This document shows, piece by piece, positions 18,288 through 34,699 of a stretch of DNA of 64,000 bases. A model generated the notes under the pieces. That model was given only the letters and a program-made list of their open reading frames with translations, was not told the DNA's origin and ran no database searches. The number at the start of each line of letters is the position of its first letter. Position 1 is the stretch's first letter. Where the stretch lies: assembly GCF_009914755.1 (NCBI RefSeq), contig NC_060930.1; one strand, written 5' to 3'. This stretch comes from the human T2T-CHM13v2.0 reference genome, Homo sapiens. The position numbers and the translations under genes are program-made.

Positions 18288-19991
18288 TATTTTTATAGGT
18301 TTTGGGGGAACAGGTGATGTTTGGTTGTATGAATAAGTTATTTAGTTGTGATTTCTGAGATTTTGGTGTACCCATTATCCAAGTAGTATACACTTTACCC
18401 AACTGGTAGAATTTTATTCCTCACCCCATCCCACCCTTTCCCCAAGTCCCCAAAGTCCACTGTATCCTTCTTATGTCTTTGCATCCTCATAGCTTAGCTC
18501 CCACTTATGAGTGAGAACATACAATGTTTGGTTTTCCATTCCTGAGTTACTTCACTTAAAATAATGGTCTCTAATTTCATCCAGGTTGCTGCGAATGCCA
18601 TTATTTCATTCCTTTTTATGGCTGAGTAGTATTTCATGGTATTACATCACATTTTCTTTATCCACTCATTGATTGATGGGCATTTGGGCTGGTTCCATAT
18701 TTTTGCAATTGTGAATAGTGCTGTTATAAACAACCATGTGCAAGTATCTTTTGCATATAATGACTTCTTTTTCTCTGGGTAGACACCTAGTAATGGAATT
18801 GCTGGGTCAAATGGTAGATATACTTTTAGTTCTTTAAGGAAACTTCACAATGTTTTCCATAGTGTTTGTACTAGTTTACATTCCCAGCCAGTGTTAAAAG
18901 TGTTCCCTTGTCACCACATCTATGCCAACATCTATTATTTTTTTCATTTTTTGATTATGGCCACTCTTGCAGAAGTGAGGTGGTATTGTGGTTTCAATTT
19001 GAATGTTCTAAATAATTAGTGACGTGATCATTTTTCCATATGCTGGTAGGCCATCTGTGTACCTTCTTTTGAGAATTGTCTATTCATGTACTTAGACCAC
19101 TTTTTGATGGAATTGTTTGTTTTTTACTTGCTGATTTGTTTGAGTTCGTTGTAGATTCCAGATATTAGTGTTTTGTCGAATGTATAGATTGTCAAGATTT
19201 TCTTCCACTCTGTGGGTTGTCTGTTAACTCTGCTGATTATTTCTTTTGCTCTGCAGAATGTTTTTAGTTTAATTAAGTCCCATCTATTTAGTTTTCTTTT
19301 TGTTGCATTTGCTTTTGGGTTTTTGGTCAGGAAGTCTTTGCCTAAGCCAATGTCTAGAAGGGTTTTTCCAATGTTATCTTCTAGAATTTTTATGGTTTCA
19401 GGTCTTAGATTTAAGTCTTTGATCTATATTGAGTTGATTTTTGTAAAAGGTGAGAGAAGAGGATCCAGTTTCATTCTTCTACATGTGGCTTGTCAATTAT
19501 CTCAACACCATTTGTTGAATAGGGTGTCCTTTCCCCACTCCATGTTTTTGTTGGCTCTGTGAAGATCTCTTGACTGTGGGTTTATTTCTGGGTTCTCTGT
19601 TCTGTTCCATTGGTCCTTATGCCTATTTTTATATCAGTACCATGCTGTTTTGGTGACTATGGCCTTATAGTATAGTTTGAAGTTGGGTGATGTGATGCCT
19701 TTGCGTTTGTTATTTTAGCTTAGTCTTTTGGCTATGTGGCTCTTTTTGGTTCCATATGAATTTTAGGATTGTTTTTTCTCTGTCTGTGAAGAATGATGGT
19801 GGTATTTTGATGGTCATTGCATTGAATTTGTAGATTGGTTTTAGCAGTATGATCATTTTCACATTATTGATTCTATCTATCCATGGGCATGGAATGTGTT
19901 TCCATTTGTTTGTATCATCTATGACTTCTTTCAGCAATGTTCTGTAGTTTTCCTTATAGAGGTCTTTCACCTCCTTGGTTAAGTATATTCC

Positions 19992-20022
<31 letters not shown>

Positions 20023-23000
20023 GTCAGCTATAGTGGAAGAGGTTGCATTCTTGATCTGATTCTCAGCTTGCTCATGTTAGTGCATGGCAGGGCTACTGAT
20101 TTGTGTACATTAATTTTGTATGCTGAACTTTGCTTAATTTCATTTACCAGTTCTGGGAGCTTTTTGAGTGAGTCTTTAGGGTTTTCTAGGTATAGATGTA
20201 TATCATCAGCAAACAGCCACAGTTTGACTTCCTCTTTACTAATTTGGATACTCTTGATTTCTTTCTCTTATCCAATTGCTCTGGCTAGGACTTCCAGTAC
20301 TATTTTGAAGAGGAGTGGTGAGAGTGGTCATCCTTGTCTTGTTCCAGTTCTCAGGGAGAATGCTTTCAACTTTTCCCCATTCAGTATAATGTTGGCTGTG
20401 GGTTTGTCATAGATGCCTGTTATTACCTTAAGATATGTCCCTTCTATGCCAATTTAGCTAAGGGTTTTAATCATAAACGGATGCTGAATTTTGTCAAATG
20501 CTTTTTCTGCATCTATTGAGATGATCATGTGATTTCTGTTTTTAATTCTGTTTATGTGTTGTATCACATTTCTTGACTTGCATATGTTAAGCCATTCCTG
20601 GATTCCTGGTATGAAACCCACTTGATCATGGTGGATTATTATTTTGATATGCTATTGGATTTTGTTAGCTAGTATTTTGTTGAGGATTTGTATATATATG
20701 TTCAACAGGGTTATTGGTCTGTAGTTTTCTTTTTTTGTTATGTTCTTCCCTGATTTTGGTATTAGGGTTATACTGGCTTCATATAATGATTTAGGGAGGA
20801 TTTCCTCTTTATCCTGTGGAATAGTGCCAATAGGATTGGTATCAATTCTCCTTTGAATGTGTGATAGAATTCAGCTGTGAATTCGTCTGGTCCTGGATTT
20901 TCTTTGGTTGGCAATATTTTTTATACAATTTTAATCTTGTTGCTTGTTATCAGTCTGTTCAGAGTTTCTATATCTTCCTGGTTTAATCTAGGAGGGTTGT
21001 ATATTTCTAGGAGTTTATCCATCTCTTCTAGGTTTTCTAGTTTATGCACATAAAGGTGTTCATAGTAGACTTTAATAATCTTTTGTATTTCTGTGGTATC
21101 ATTAGTAATATTTCCTGTTTATTTCTAATTAAACTTATTTGTACTTTCTCTTTTTTCTTGGTTATTCTTGCTAATGGTCTATCAATTTTATTTATCTTTT
21201 CAAAGAACCAGCTTTTTGTTTCATTTATCTTTTGTATTTTTTGTTTGTTTCAATTTCATTCAGTTCTACTCTAATCTTTATTATTTATTTTCTTCTGCTG
21301 GGTTTGGGTTTGGATTGTTCTTGTTTATCCAGTTCCATGAGATGTGACCTTAGATTGTCTATTTGTGCTCTTTCAGGCATTTAATGCTATGAACTTTCAT
21401 CTCAGCACCACTTTTGCTATATCCCAGAGGTTTTGATAGGTTGTGGCACTATTATTGTTCCATTCAAAGGAATTTTAAATTCCTTTCTTGATTATATTGT
21501 TGACCCAGTGATCATTCAAGAACAGGTTATTTAATTTCCAGGTATTTGCATGGTTTTCAGTGTTCCTTTTGGAGTTGAGTTCCAATTTTATTCCACTATG
21601 ATCTGAGAGAGTACTTAATATAATTTCAATTTTCTTAAATTTACTGAGACTTGTTATGTGGCCTACCATATTTTGGAAAATGTTCCATGTGCTAATGAAT
21701 AGAATGTATATTCTGTAGGTTTTGAGTAAAATGTTCTGTAAATATCTGTTAAATTTGTTGTAGAATATAGTTTTAGTCCATTGTTTCTTTATTGACTTTG
21801 TGTCTTGATGATCTCTCTAGTGGTGTCCGTGGAGTATTAAAGTCCCCCACTATTATTGTGGTGCTGTGTAATTCATTTCTTATGGCTAGTAGTAAATTGT
21901 TTTATAAATTTGGGAACTCCAGTGTTAGGTGCATATATATTTAGGATTGTAATATTTTCTTCTTGGACTAGTCCTTTTGTCATTATATATTGTCCCTCTT
22001 TGTCTTTTTAAACTGCTGTTGCTTTAAAGTTTGTTTTCTCTGATATAAGAATAGCTACTTCTGATCACTTTTGGTGTCCTTTTGCATGGAATATCTTTTT
22101 CCACCCCTTTATTTTAAGTTTATGTGAATCTTTAGGTGATGCTTTTGAAGATAGCAGAAATTTTGGTGAATTCTTATTCATTCTGCCAGTCTGTATCTTT
22201 TAAGTGGAGCACTTAGGCCACCTACATTCAACATCAGTATGAGATGTGAGATACTATTCTATTGATTATACTATTTGTTGCCTGAATACCTTGTTTGCTT
22301 TCTTTGTGTTATTGTTATATAGGTCCTGTGAGATTTATGCTTTAAGGACATTTTATTTTGGTGTATTTCAAGGATTTCTTTCAAGATTTACAGGTCCTTT
22401 TAGCATTTGTTGTAGTGCTAGCTTGGTAGTGGTGAATTCTCTCAGTATTTGTTTTTCTGGAAACGACTATTTTTTCTTCATTTATGAAGCTTTGTTTCTC
22501 TGGATAGAATATTATTGGCTGATAATAGTTTTGTTTAATAAAGGAGGCTAAAAATAGGACCACAAACCCTTGTAGCTTGTAGGATTTCTGCTGATAAATC
22601 TTCTGTTACTCTGATAGGTTTTCCTTTATAGGTTACCTGATGCTTTTGCCTCACAGCTCTTAAGATTCTTTCCTTCATCTTGACTTTAGATAACCTGATG
22701 ACTATGTGCCTAGGTGATAATCTTTTTGTGATGAATTTCCCAGGTGTTCTTTGAACTTCTATTTGGATTTCTAGATCTCTAGCAAGCCTAGGGAAGTTTT
22801 TCTCGATTATTACCTCAGAGAGGTTTTCCATACTTTTAGACTTCTCTTCTTCCTCAAAAACTCCAATTATTCTTAGATTTTCATGTTTAACATAGTCCCA
22901 AACTCCTCGGAGGCTTTGTTGATTTTTTAAAATTCTTTTTTGTCTTTGAGGGATTGGGTTAATTCAAAAGCCTTGTCTTCGAGCTCTGAAGTTCTGTCTT

Positions 23001-24431
23001 CTGCTTGTTCAATTCTATTGTCAAGACTTTCAAGTGCATTTTGCATTTCTCTAAGTGTGTCCTTGATTTCCAGAAGTTGTGATTGTTTTGTATTGATGTT
23101 ATTTCACTGAAGATTTTTCCTTTCATCTTCTGTATCATGTTTTTCATTTCTTTAAGCTGGACTTCACCTTTCTCTGGTGCCTCCTTGATTAGTTTAATAA
23201 TCAACCTTCTGAATTTTTTTTCTTTTTGCAATTCAGAGATTTCATCTTGGTTTGGATCCATTGCTATTGAGCTGGGGTGATCTATTGGGTGTGTTAAAAA
23301 AAAAAACTCATTTTGTCATATTACCAGGATTGTTATTCTGGTTCCTTCTCATTTGGGTAGACTATGTCAGAGGGAAGATATGAGACTCAAGGGCTGCTGT
23401 TCAGATTCTTTTGTCCCACCGGTTGTTCCCTTGATGTGGTGATCTCCCCCTTCCCTTAGGGGTGGGGCTTCCTGAGAGCTAAACTGTAGTGATTGTTTTT
23501 GTTCTGGGTCTAACCACCCAGCAGAGCTACCAGGCTCTGGCTGGTGCTGGGGAGTCGATACAAAGAGTCCTGTGATGTGGTTCATCTTCAGATCTTTCAG
23601 CCACGGATACCAGCACCTGCTCTGGTGGAGGTAGTAGGGGAGTGAAGTGGATGCTGTGCAGGTCCTTGATTGTATTTTTGTCTAGTTTTCTGGTTTTGTG
23701 TTGGTTGGCCTCCAGCCAGGAGGTGGCACTTTCAAGAACACATCAGCTGCAGTACTGTAAGGAAAAAGCAAAGTTGCCCTAGGCTGGCCTGGTAAGTATT
23801 CAGGTTTCTCAGGCAGTGGGCAGGTCTGGAGAAGTGCTCTCAAGAGATTATGACTTTTGTCTTTGGCAACCACGGAAGGTAGAGAAAGACCACCAGGTGG
23901 GGGCACAGATAGGCCTATCTGAGCCGAGACTCTCCCTGGGCAGGACTTGCTCCGGTGGCTGTGGGGGATGGGGGTTGTGGTTTTCAGCCCAATGAAGTTA
24001 TGTTCCCAGGGGAATTATGGCTGCCTCTGCTGAATTATACAGGTTTCCAGGGAAGTGGGGGAAAGCCGGCAGTCACAGGCCTCACCCCATTCCCACACAG
24101 CCTGCAGTCCTAAAGGCTGGTCTCACTCCCATTGACCCCACAACAGCACCAAATCTATTTCCAGGCAGCCAGTGACCAAGCCTTAGAACTTGCCCCAGAC
24201 CACCAGCTTCCCTCAAGAGAAAACAAGCAGACTCACAATTTTTTGGCATCTCAAGGAGCCTGCTGCAGCGATCCAATTCCTTCAAAGGGTCTGTCTGTGG
24301 ATTCTCTCAGCTTTCCTTGTATGTTCCTGTGATGGTTCTTAGAGTAAAAGTTCATGATGTTAAGTCTCCTCATGTTGCTCTTTCTGTCTGAGTAGGAGCT
24401 GCAAGCTAGTCCTGCCTCCTATCCGCCATCT
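18288..24431 (-). mobile_element. Essentially full-length L1PB1-like element (5' UTR, ORF1, ORF2, 3' UTR; all frames disrupted)
   Basis: 3' end ggttttgggggaacaggtgatgtttgg; ORF1 remnants 22535-23261; GC-richer 5' UTR ending gcctcctatccgccatct; TSD tttttaattatttt at 18274-18287 and 24433-24446. Confidence 0.9.
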
Positions 24432-24432
24432 A

Positions 24433-24730
24433 TTTTTAATTATTTTCAGGAATCTCCATACTGTCTTTCATAATCACTGCATCATTCTACATTCCCAGCA
24501 ACAGTCTATAAGGGTTCCAATTTCTCCACATCCTTGCCAACACTTTTTTTTATGATAGCCATCTTAACAAGTGTGAGGTGATATCTCATTGCATTATGCT
24601 AAGTGAAATAAGCCAGTCACAGACAAACACTGCATGATTCACTTACATAAGGTCTCTAATATCATCAAACTCATAGAAGTAGAGAATAGAATGGTGGTTA
24701 CCAGGAACTAGAGAAAAGAAAAATGGGGAA
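24433..24730. mobile_element. Old twin-primed L1MA/MB: inverted part 2 (24433-24591, minus) joined to sense 3' part (24592-24730, plus)
   Basis: Strand switch at gatatctcattgc|attatgctaagtgaaataagccag. Confidence 0.7.
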
Positions 24731-25417
24731 TTTTTTTCATTCTTTCTTAGAATGCTCATCTGTTTTTGCATGCTGCTGACTTTATCTATTTGAGCTCTTA
24801 GCATATTATATTAATATTAGTGTTCATATTAACATAAATTCCAACATCTCTGCCATATGTGAGTGTGGTTCTGATGCTTGCTCTATCTTTTCAAATTGTG
24901 CTTTTTGCTTGTGAGTGTGTCTTGTAATTTTTCTTGATACCCTGATATGACGTAGTTGGTAAAAGTAACCTGGCACACTGGTTTCTGCTAATGCCTTTTT
25001 GCCCTGTTAAGTTGTGAATCTCTGTATTTGTATGTATATCTTTTTATTTTGGGGAGCAGTGGTTTGCCTGGCAAACTCACTTCTCTAACAAATATAATAA
25101 GAGTTGTTGATTCCTTAGTTTTTTCAGCTTTTTAATTGTTAAGATGGAATGACAATTTCTAAGCTCCTCAAAACGCTGGACCAGAAAACAGAAGTTAAAA
25201 TTTCCTTTAAAAAAGTTGAAGATAATCTTTTAAGATCTGTCTTTGCAAATGATATGTAAATAAGGTCCACACTGTGGACAACAGAGTAGAGGTTGATTTA
25301 AATCATCTAATGTCACCCTTATTAAATATCATTTTTAGTTTTGGTTCTATAGCTTAGTTACAATGCTAATAGTCAGACTCTCAAAATAATCACATTCCTA
25401 CAATTTAAGAAAAAAAT

Positions 25418-25524
25418 ATATGTAACTAACCTGCACATTGTGCACATGTACCCTAAAACTTAAAGTATAATAATAATAAAATAAAAAATAATAATAATAA
25501 AAAATAAAATAAAATAAAATAAAA
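25418..25524 (+). mobile_element. Extremely truncated young L1PA (last ~50 nt plus A-rich tail)
   Basis: atgtaactaacctgcacattgtgcacatgtaccctaaaacttaaagtataataat followed by a (TAAAA)n tail. Confidence 0.9.
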
Positions 25525-28319
25525 TACATAGAAAAGTAAAAGCGTTACTTTCATTCCATTTTAAGGCATCTTCACACAAAGAAAAAATGTTTTAAAAATG
25601 TTCCTATATTCATAAAAATAAAGTAGTTAATAATAGCACTCAATCTACACATTAATAATGATAATCTTATATCCTTATATATAGTTACTTACTACTTCAC
25701 ATATTTCACAAGGGATTTGTGGGGATTAATTTTAAACATAATTTATATTAATATTTACATACTCTCGAAAAAAATAAAACACTACATAAATGTCAATTGC
25801 TGCAATTAAGGGTCCTCAATATTAAAATGCTATGTTAACACAAAATTTGAAAAGAAAGAAATCATTTCTTTAAGAAAAAGAGGAACCTAAAATTTGGTGA
25901 GAAAAAAAATATTAGAGACAAAAGAGTAATTAAATTATTGATACCAATAAACAATGTTATTTTAAGGACAAATGGACAAGTATGAGACCATTCATAAGTT
26001 TATGCAATTTCTGTTAGTAGAACTAATAGAAGACATCTATAAATGATAAAAAATAATTTAAAAGCACCTGTCATATACTTCAAATTATTTAAATAATTTG
26101 ATAGTGAATGAATTATTCATTCATAAATAGTGCCAATTAAGGATCTAAATTTATTTGCTATTTTGTATTATCAACAGATGATTCCTATTTTCAAACATTC
26201 CATTGATATTATGATTCCATTAACAAGAAAAATCCCTAATACTGATACATAATGCTTATTACTTGCTCACAAAAATATCCATTAGAATTCTTCCTTAGGT
26301 TTTTCAGGTACCTACAATATTGGTAATATAACAAATAAAAACATGTTAATGCAATCATAAACTAATTATATACTTTAATGGAGTTGTTCATCATTTTTTA
26401 AAAAGGTAAACAGTTTGAAATTGTGAGGTGCCATAATGTTTTCTTTGAGTTGAACTGATCAGATCTAAATTTTCAGTATTTACTTGAGCCATGATTTTAG
26501 AAATGCATTTATGCCTTTTCTTTCTCCACCACTCTAATTAATGCAATTGTGGATGACTCAGTTTTAGAGATAAACATAATTACCTAAAGAGATTATTTGT
26601 CTAAAATATCATAATCATTTTATTGAGATAAGTTTAATTTATTAATAAGAGATTTCCTGGCTTATAACCTTCCATTCAACCCTAAGGCTGATTGGAAAAA
26701 CCATATTATGAGAAACTTAAATGACCCTAGGAACTAGTGTACTCACTAAGATGATGGGTTGCAACTTTCAAAAACAATTCTTCAGAGAAAAGAAGAGAAA
26801 AAAGCCAGTGTGCATGTGTATATTTTTATATGTGTGTGAGTGTGTGTATGTATGTATAGTCATTTTTATACAAAGCGTTAAGTTATATACGTATAACTGT
26901 TTTGCTTCTTTATTTGTATTAAGATATTGTCTGCATACAGTTTCCCCTAAGCTGTATTTTGTGCTCTAAGAATAATGATGATGAATGTTAAAATACAATT
27001 GATAGTTAAGGAACTCACGCCAACCCCAGTAGCTCTTATCTGGATCAACCAGTTACTGGTAGTACTCAGAGCGTTATCTGGGTTCAAGATGTCTCACCTT
27101 AGTTCTGGCTGAAATAGTGAAGGGCAGTGACTAGAACTGGAAAACTGATTATTATAAGTAACATGCTGAAGAGCTGGTATTTTTTTTCCTGGAATATTGA
27201 CTTCATGAAGAAGAAAATAAATCTGTCACAAAAGGGGATTTCAGAAGTTATGCTAGTATTAATATAAAAAGAGAGATGTAGCAAAAATATTAAAGATAGA
27301 TATTGTCAAAAGCATAGGTATTTGTATATATGTCTGTGTGTGTGTGTATATATATGATAGACGCATAGATACATATGTAGAAATATTTTATGTCATTACA
27401 CATACTAAGCATGTCATCTGATTATAATTTAAGTCATTTTTCCACTTCACTATATTGTTTGCCATTTAGATAAAAAGTATGAGACAGAAGAATTAGAAGG
27501 GAGAAGTTTCAAAATGAATAGTTGTATGAAAAAAGACTTTCTGGCATACAAACCAAAATATTTTTATTAAAAATCAGCCAGTATTTCAATGATGAGCAAT
27601 GTTACCTATTTTAATCAATTCGAATAGCACATAAAATTCATTGTGGGATTAACAAGTACACCATTTACAATCCCGAGTGTGGGCATTTTCTATATACTTA
27701 ATAGCTCTTCAGTAAGCAAACCCTGTGCAGGTAATTTTGAAAGATATATACTATGTACAACCTAATTTAAAAGTAATGAGGGCAGAGCAATCCATCACAA
27801 AACTAAATTCACTCCTCAGCAGGTGTGTTTCACGGCCTGGGTAGATACTTTTATTAGGGCAAGCATTATTAGATTATTTTTAAAAATTGGTAAGTAGAAT
27901 TGTGTCCTATTTTTGTTCCAATTCAAAAAGATAAGCAGTTGTGTGGCACTGGAAGTACAATTGATCATCCTTGATCTTCTCAACATTATATCAATTTTAA
28001 GCCTTAAGTAAACAAAACAAATGTAAACACACTCATATTACATTTAAAAATTAAAATTAAGCATAAGCTACTGTAAATTCTAGAGTTTTTAAGACAAATG
28101 CAAAAACAGGTTTCACTAGTTCAGCTCAACAAGAGCAAAATATTTATGTACTCAATATCAAAATCAATGTAGGAAGAAAATATATAACGTGTTGAAAGTA
28201 GTTAATTATTACTGTGTCAACTAGTCGCACTTATTTTTGGTACCATTTATTACAGGGTAGCTTTTATCAGAATAACACTTTTGCAAGGAGATACATAACA
28301 CTACAGAACATCCTATACA

Positions 28320-28719
<400 letters not shown>

Positions 28720-29171
28720 TTACTTTAGGGTTCACTCTTGGTGGTGTATGTGCTACGGGTTTGGATAAATTCCAAATGACATGTATCCACTATTATGCTA
28801 TAATACAGAGTAGTTTAACAGCCATTAAAATCCTCTGTGTTTGGCCTATTCATCCCTCCTACCCTTCAAAACCTCTCGCAATCACTGATCTTTTTCGTGT
28901 TTTCGTATTTTTTACCTTTTCCAGAATGCCATATACTTGAAATCACAAAGTATGTAGCCATTTATGATTGACTTTTTTCACTTAGTAAATATGCATTTTA
29001 GTTTCCTCTATGTTTTTAATGGCTTCATGGCTCATTTCTTTATAGCGCTGAATAACATTTCATGGTCTGGAAGTGGTAAGTTTATTTATTCAGGCACCTA
29101 CTAAAAAGCATTTTGGTTGCTTCCAAGTTATAGCAGTTATGAATAAAGCTACTATGAACATCTGTGTGCAA

Positions 29172-29472
29172 GTTTTTGTTTGTTTGTTTGTTTGTTTAGA
29201 GACAGTGTCTCACTCTGTTGCCACTCTGTTGCCCAGGCTGAAATGCAGTGTCACTGTCATGGTTCACTGGGCTCAAGAAGCCATGCCGCAGCCTCTTGAG
29301 TAACTAGGACTACAGAAACACAGCCCCATGCCTCGCTAATTTTTCTACTTGTTTTGTAGAGACAGGGTATCACTGTTGCCCAGGCTGGTCTTGAACTCCT
29401 GAGCTCCAGTGATCTTCCCACCTCAGCCTCCCAAAGTGCTTACATTACAGGTGTGAGCCACTGCACCTGGCC
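29172..29472 (-). mobile_element. AluJ-like, internally deleted
   Basis: Diverged dimer with (GTTT)n tail, gaactcctgagctc motif, 11-bp internal duplication cactctgttgc. Confidence 0.8.
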
Positions 29473-31070
29473 TGTGTACAGGGTTTTTTGTGAACATAAG
29501 TTTTCAGTTTCTTTGGATAAATACCAAGAAACACAATTGCTGGATCACATGGTAAGAGTATGTTTAGTTTTGCAGGAGCCTACCAAACCGTTTTCCAAAA
29601 TGGCTGTACCATTTTGCATTCTCTCTAGCAATGAATGAAAGTTCCTGTTGCACACATCCTTGCCAGCATTCTACGTTGTCAGTGTTTTGAATTGCGAATA
29701 TTCTAATAAGATCGTATTGTTGTTTTAAGCTGCAATTCCCTAATGATATATGATATTGAACATACTTTCATATGCTTATTTGCCATCTATATATCTTCTT
29801 TGGTGAGCTATCTGTTTAGATCTTTTGTCCATTTTAATGGGTTGTTTTCTTGTTATTTTAAGAGTTCTTTGTATATTTTTAATACTGCCTTTTATCAGAT
29901 ATGTCTTTTGCAAATACTTCCTGCCAATTTGTATCTGAACTTTTATTTTTTTTCTTTTTTTATTTAATATATATATATATTTTTATTATACTTTAAGTTC
30001 TAGGGTACCTGAGCAAAACGTGCAGGTTTGTTACATATGTATACATGTGCCATGCTGGTGTGCTGCATCCATTAACTCATCATTTACATTAGGTATATCT
30101 CCAAATGCTATGCCTTCCCCCTGCCCCGACCCCACAACAGGCCCCAGTGTGTGATGTTCCCCGTCCTGTGTCCAAGTATTCTCATTGTTCAATTCCCACT
30201 TACGAGTGACAACACGCGGTGTTTGGTTTTCTGTCCTTGCGACACTTTGCTGAGAATGATGGTTTCCAGCTTCATCCATGTCCCTACAAAGGACATGAAC
30301 TCATCATTTTTTATGGCTGCATAGTATTCCATGGTGTATATGTGCCACATTTTCTTAATCCAGTCTATCATTGTTGAACATTTGGGTTGGTTCCAGGTCT
30401 TTGCTATTGTTAATAGTGTTGCAATAAACATATGTGTGCATGTGTCTTTATAGCAGCATGATTTATAATCCTTTGGGTATATACCCAGTAATGGGAAGGC
30501 TGGGTCAAATGGTATTTCTAGTTCTAGATCCTTGGGAATCACCACACTGTCTATGCAGAATGGTTGTACTAATTTACAGTCCCACCAACAGTGTAAAAGT
30601 GTTCCTATTTCGCCACATCCTCTCCACCACCTGTTGTTTCCTGACTTTTTAATGATCGCCATTCTAACTGGTGTGAGATGATATCTCACTGTGGTTTTGA
30701 TTTCCATTTCTCCGATGGAGAGTGATGATGAGCATTTTTCCATGTGTCTGTTGGCTGCATAAATGTCTTCTTTTGAGAAGTGTCTGTTCATATCCTTTGC
30801 CCACTCTGTGATGGGGTTTTTTTTTCTTATAAATTTGTTGGAGTTCTTTGTAGATTCTGGATATTAGCCCTTTGTCAGATGAGTAGATTGTAAAAATTTT
30901 CTCCCATTCTGTAGGTTGCCTCTTCACTCTGATGGTAGTTTCTTTTGCTGTGCAGAAGCTCTTTAGTTTAATTAGATCCCATTTGTCAATTTTGGCTTTT
31001 GTTGCCATTGCTTTTGGTGTTTTAGACATGAAGTCCTTGCCCATGCCTATGTCCTGAGTGGTATTGCCTA

Positions 31071-31190
<120 letters not shown>

Positions 31191-31316
31191 TCAGTTTTCC
31201 CAGCACCGTTTGTTAAATAGGGAATCCTTTCCCCATTTCTTGCTTTTGTCAGATTTGTCAAAGATCAGATGGTTGTAGATGTGTGGTATTATTTCTGAGG
31301 GCTCTGTTCTGTTTCA

Positions 31317-31493
<177 letters not shown>

Positions 31494-31624
31494 TTATGTG
31501 AAGAAAGTCGTTGGTAGCTTGATGGGGATGGCATTTAATCTATAAATTACCTGGGGCAGTATGGCCATTTTCACGATATTGATTCTTCTTATCCATGAGC
31601 ATGGAATGTTCTTCCATTTGTTTT

Positions 31625-31947
31625 TTTGTTTTGTTTTGTTTTTTTTTTTTTTTTTTTTTGAGACGGAGTCTCGCTCTGTCACCCAGGCCGGACTGCGGAC
31701 TGCAGTGGCGCAATCTCGGCTCACTGCAAGCTCCGCTTCCCGGGTTCACGCCATTCTCCTGCCTCAGCCTCCTGAGTAGCTGGGACTACAGGCGCCCGCC
31801 ACCGCGCCCGGCTAATTTTTTGTATTTTTAGTAGAGACAGGGTTTCACCTTGTTAGCCCGGATGGTCTCGATCTCCTGACCTCATGATCCACCCGCCTCG
31901 GCCTCCCAAAGTGCTGGGATTACAGGCGTGAGCCACCGCGCCCGGCC
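31625..31947 (-). mobile_element. AluYb8 (human-specific subfamily) with 14-bp TSD
   Basis: 7-bp duplication ggactgcggactgc and other Yb diagnostics (ctccgcttcc, caccttgttag, ctcatgatccacc); TSD cttccatttgtttt at 31611-31624 and 31948-31961. Confidence 0.93.
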
Positions 31948-32123
31948 CTTCCATTTGTTTTGTCACCACCAGGTCTGCCCTACAAGAGCTCCTGAAGGAA
32001 GCACTAAACATGGAAAGGAACAACCAGTACCAGCCACTGCAAAAACATACCAAATTGTAAAGACCATAGATGGTAGGAAGAAACTGCATCAACTAACGAG
32101 CAAAATAACCAGCTAACATCATA

Positions 32124-32687
32124 ATGACAGGATCAAATTCACACATAACAATATTAATCTTAAATGTAAATGGGATAAATGCTCCAATTAAAAGACACAG
32201 ACTGGCAAATTGGATAAAGAGTCAAGACCCATCTGTGTGCTGTATTCAGGAGACCCATCTCATGTGCAGAGATACACATAGGCTCAAAATAAAGGGATGG
32301 AGGAAGATCTACCAAGCAAACGGAAAACAAAAAAAGGCAGGGGTTACAATCCTAGTCTCTCATAAAACAGACTTTAAACCAACAAAGATCAAAAGAGACA
32401 AAGAAGGTGATTACATAATGGTAAAGGGATCAATTCAACAAGAAAAGCTAACTATCCTAAATATATATGCACCCAATACAGGAGCACCCACATTCATAAA
32501 GCAAGTCCTTAGAGACCTACACAGAAACTTAGACTCCCACACAATAATAATGGGAGACTTTAATACCCCACTGTCAACATTTGACAGATCAATGAGACAG
32601 AAAGTTAACAAGGATATCCTGGAATTGAATTCAGCTCTGCACCAAGCGGACGTAATAGACATCTACAGAACCCTCCACCCCAAATAA
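32124..32687 (+). pseudogene. L1 ORF2 endonuclease domain remnant (187 aa to premature stop)
   Basis: MTGSNSHITI...CIQETH...IIMGDFNTPL motifs. Confidence 0.9.
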
Positions 32688-33415
32688 ACAGAATATACAT
32701 TCTTCTCAGCACCACACCACACCTATTCCAAAATTTACCACATAGTTGAAAGTAAAGCACTCCTCAGCCAACGTAAAAGAACAGAAAGTATAACAAACTG
32801 TCTCTCAGACCACAGTGAAATCAAACTAGAACTCAAGATTAAGAAACTCACTCAAAACCGCTCAACTACATGGAAACTGAACAACCTGCTCCTGAATGAC
32901 TACTGGGTACACAACAAAATGAAGGCAGAAATAAAGATGTTCTTTGAAACCAACAAGAACAAAGAAACAACATACCAGAATATCTGGGACACATTTAAAG
33001 CAGTGTGTAGAGGCAAGTTTATAACACTAAATGCCCACAAGAGAAAGCAGGAAAGATCTAAAATTGACACCCTAACATCACAATTAAAAGAACTAGAGAA
33101 GCAAGAGCAAACACATTCAAAAGCTAGCAGAAGGCAAGAAATAACTGAGATCAGAGCAGAACTGAAGGAGGTAGAGACACAAAAAACCCTTCAAAAAATC
33201 CATGAATTCAGGAGCTGGTTTTTTGAAAAGATCAACAAAATTGATAGACTGCTAGCAAGACTAATAAAGAAAAAAAGAGAGAAGAATCAAATAGATGCAA
33301 CAAAAAATGATAAAGGGGATATCACCACCGATCCCACAGAAATACAAACTACCATCAGAGAATACTATAAACACCTCTATGCAAATAAACTAGAAAATCT
33401 ACAAGAAATGGATAA

Positions 33416-34563
<1,148 letters not shown>

Positions 34564-34699
34564 TAATTTTTATGAAGTACACTTTAATGATTTTTTCTTA
34601 TCGATTGTGCCTTTGATGTTGCATCTAAAATATCAGCACTAAACCCAAGATCATCTAGATTTTCTTCTATATTATCTTCTAGAAGTTTTATAGTTCATA

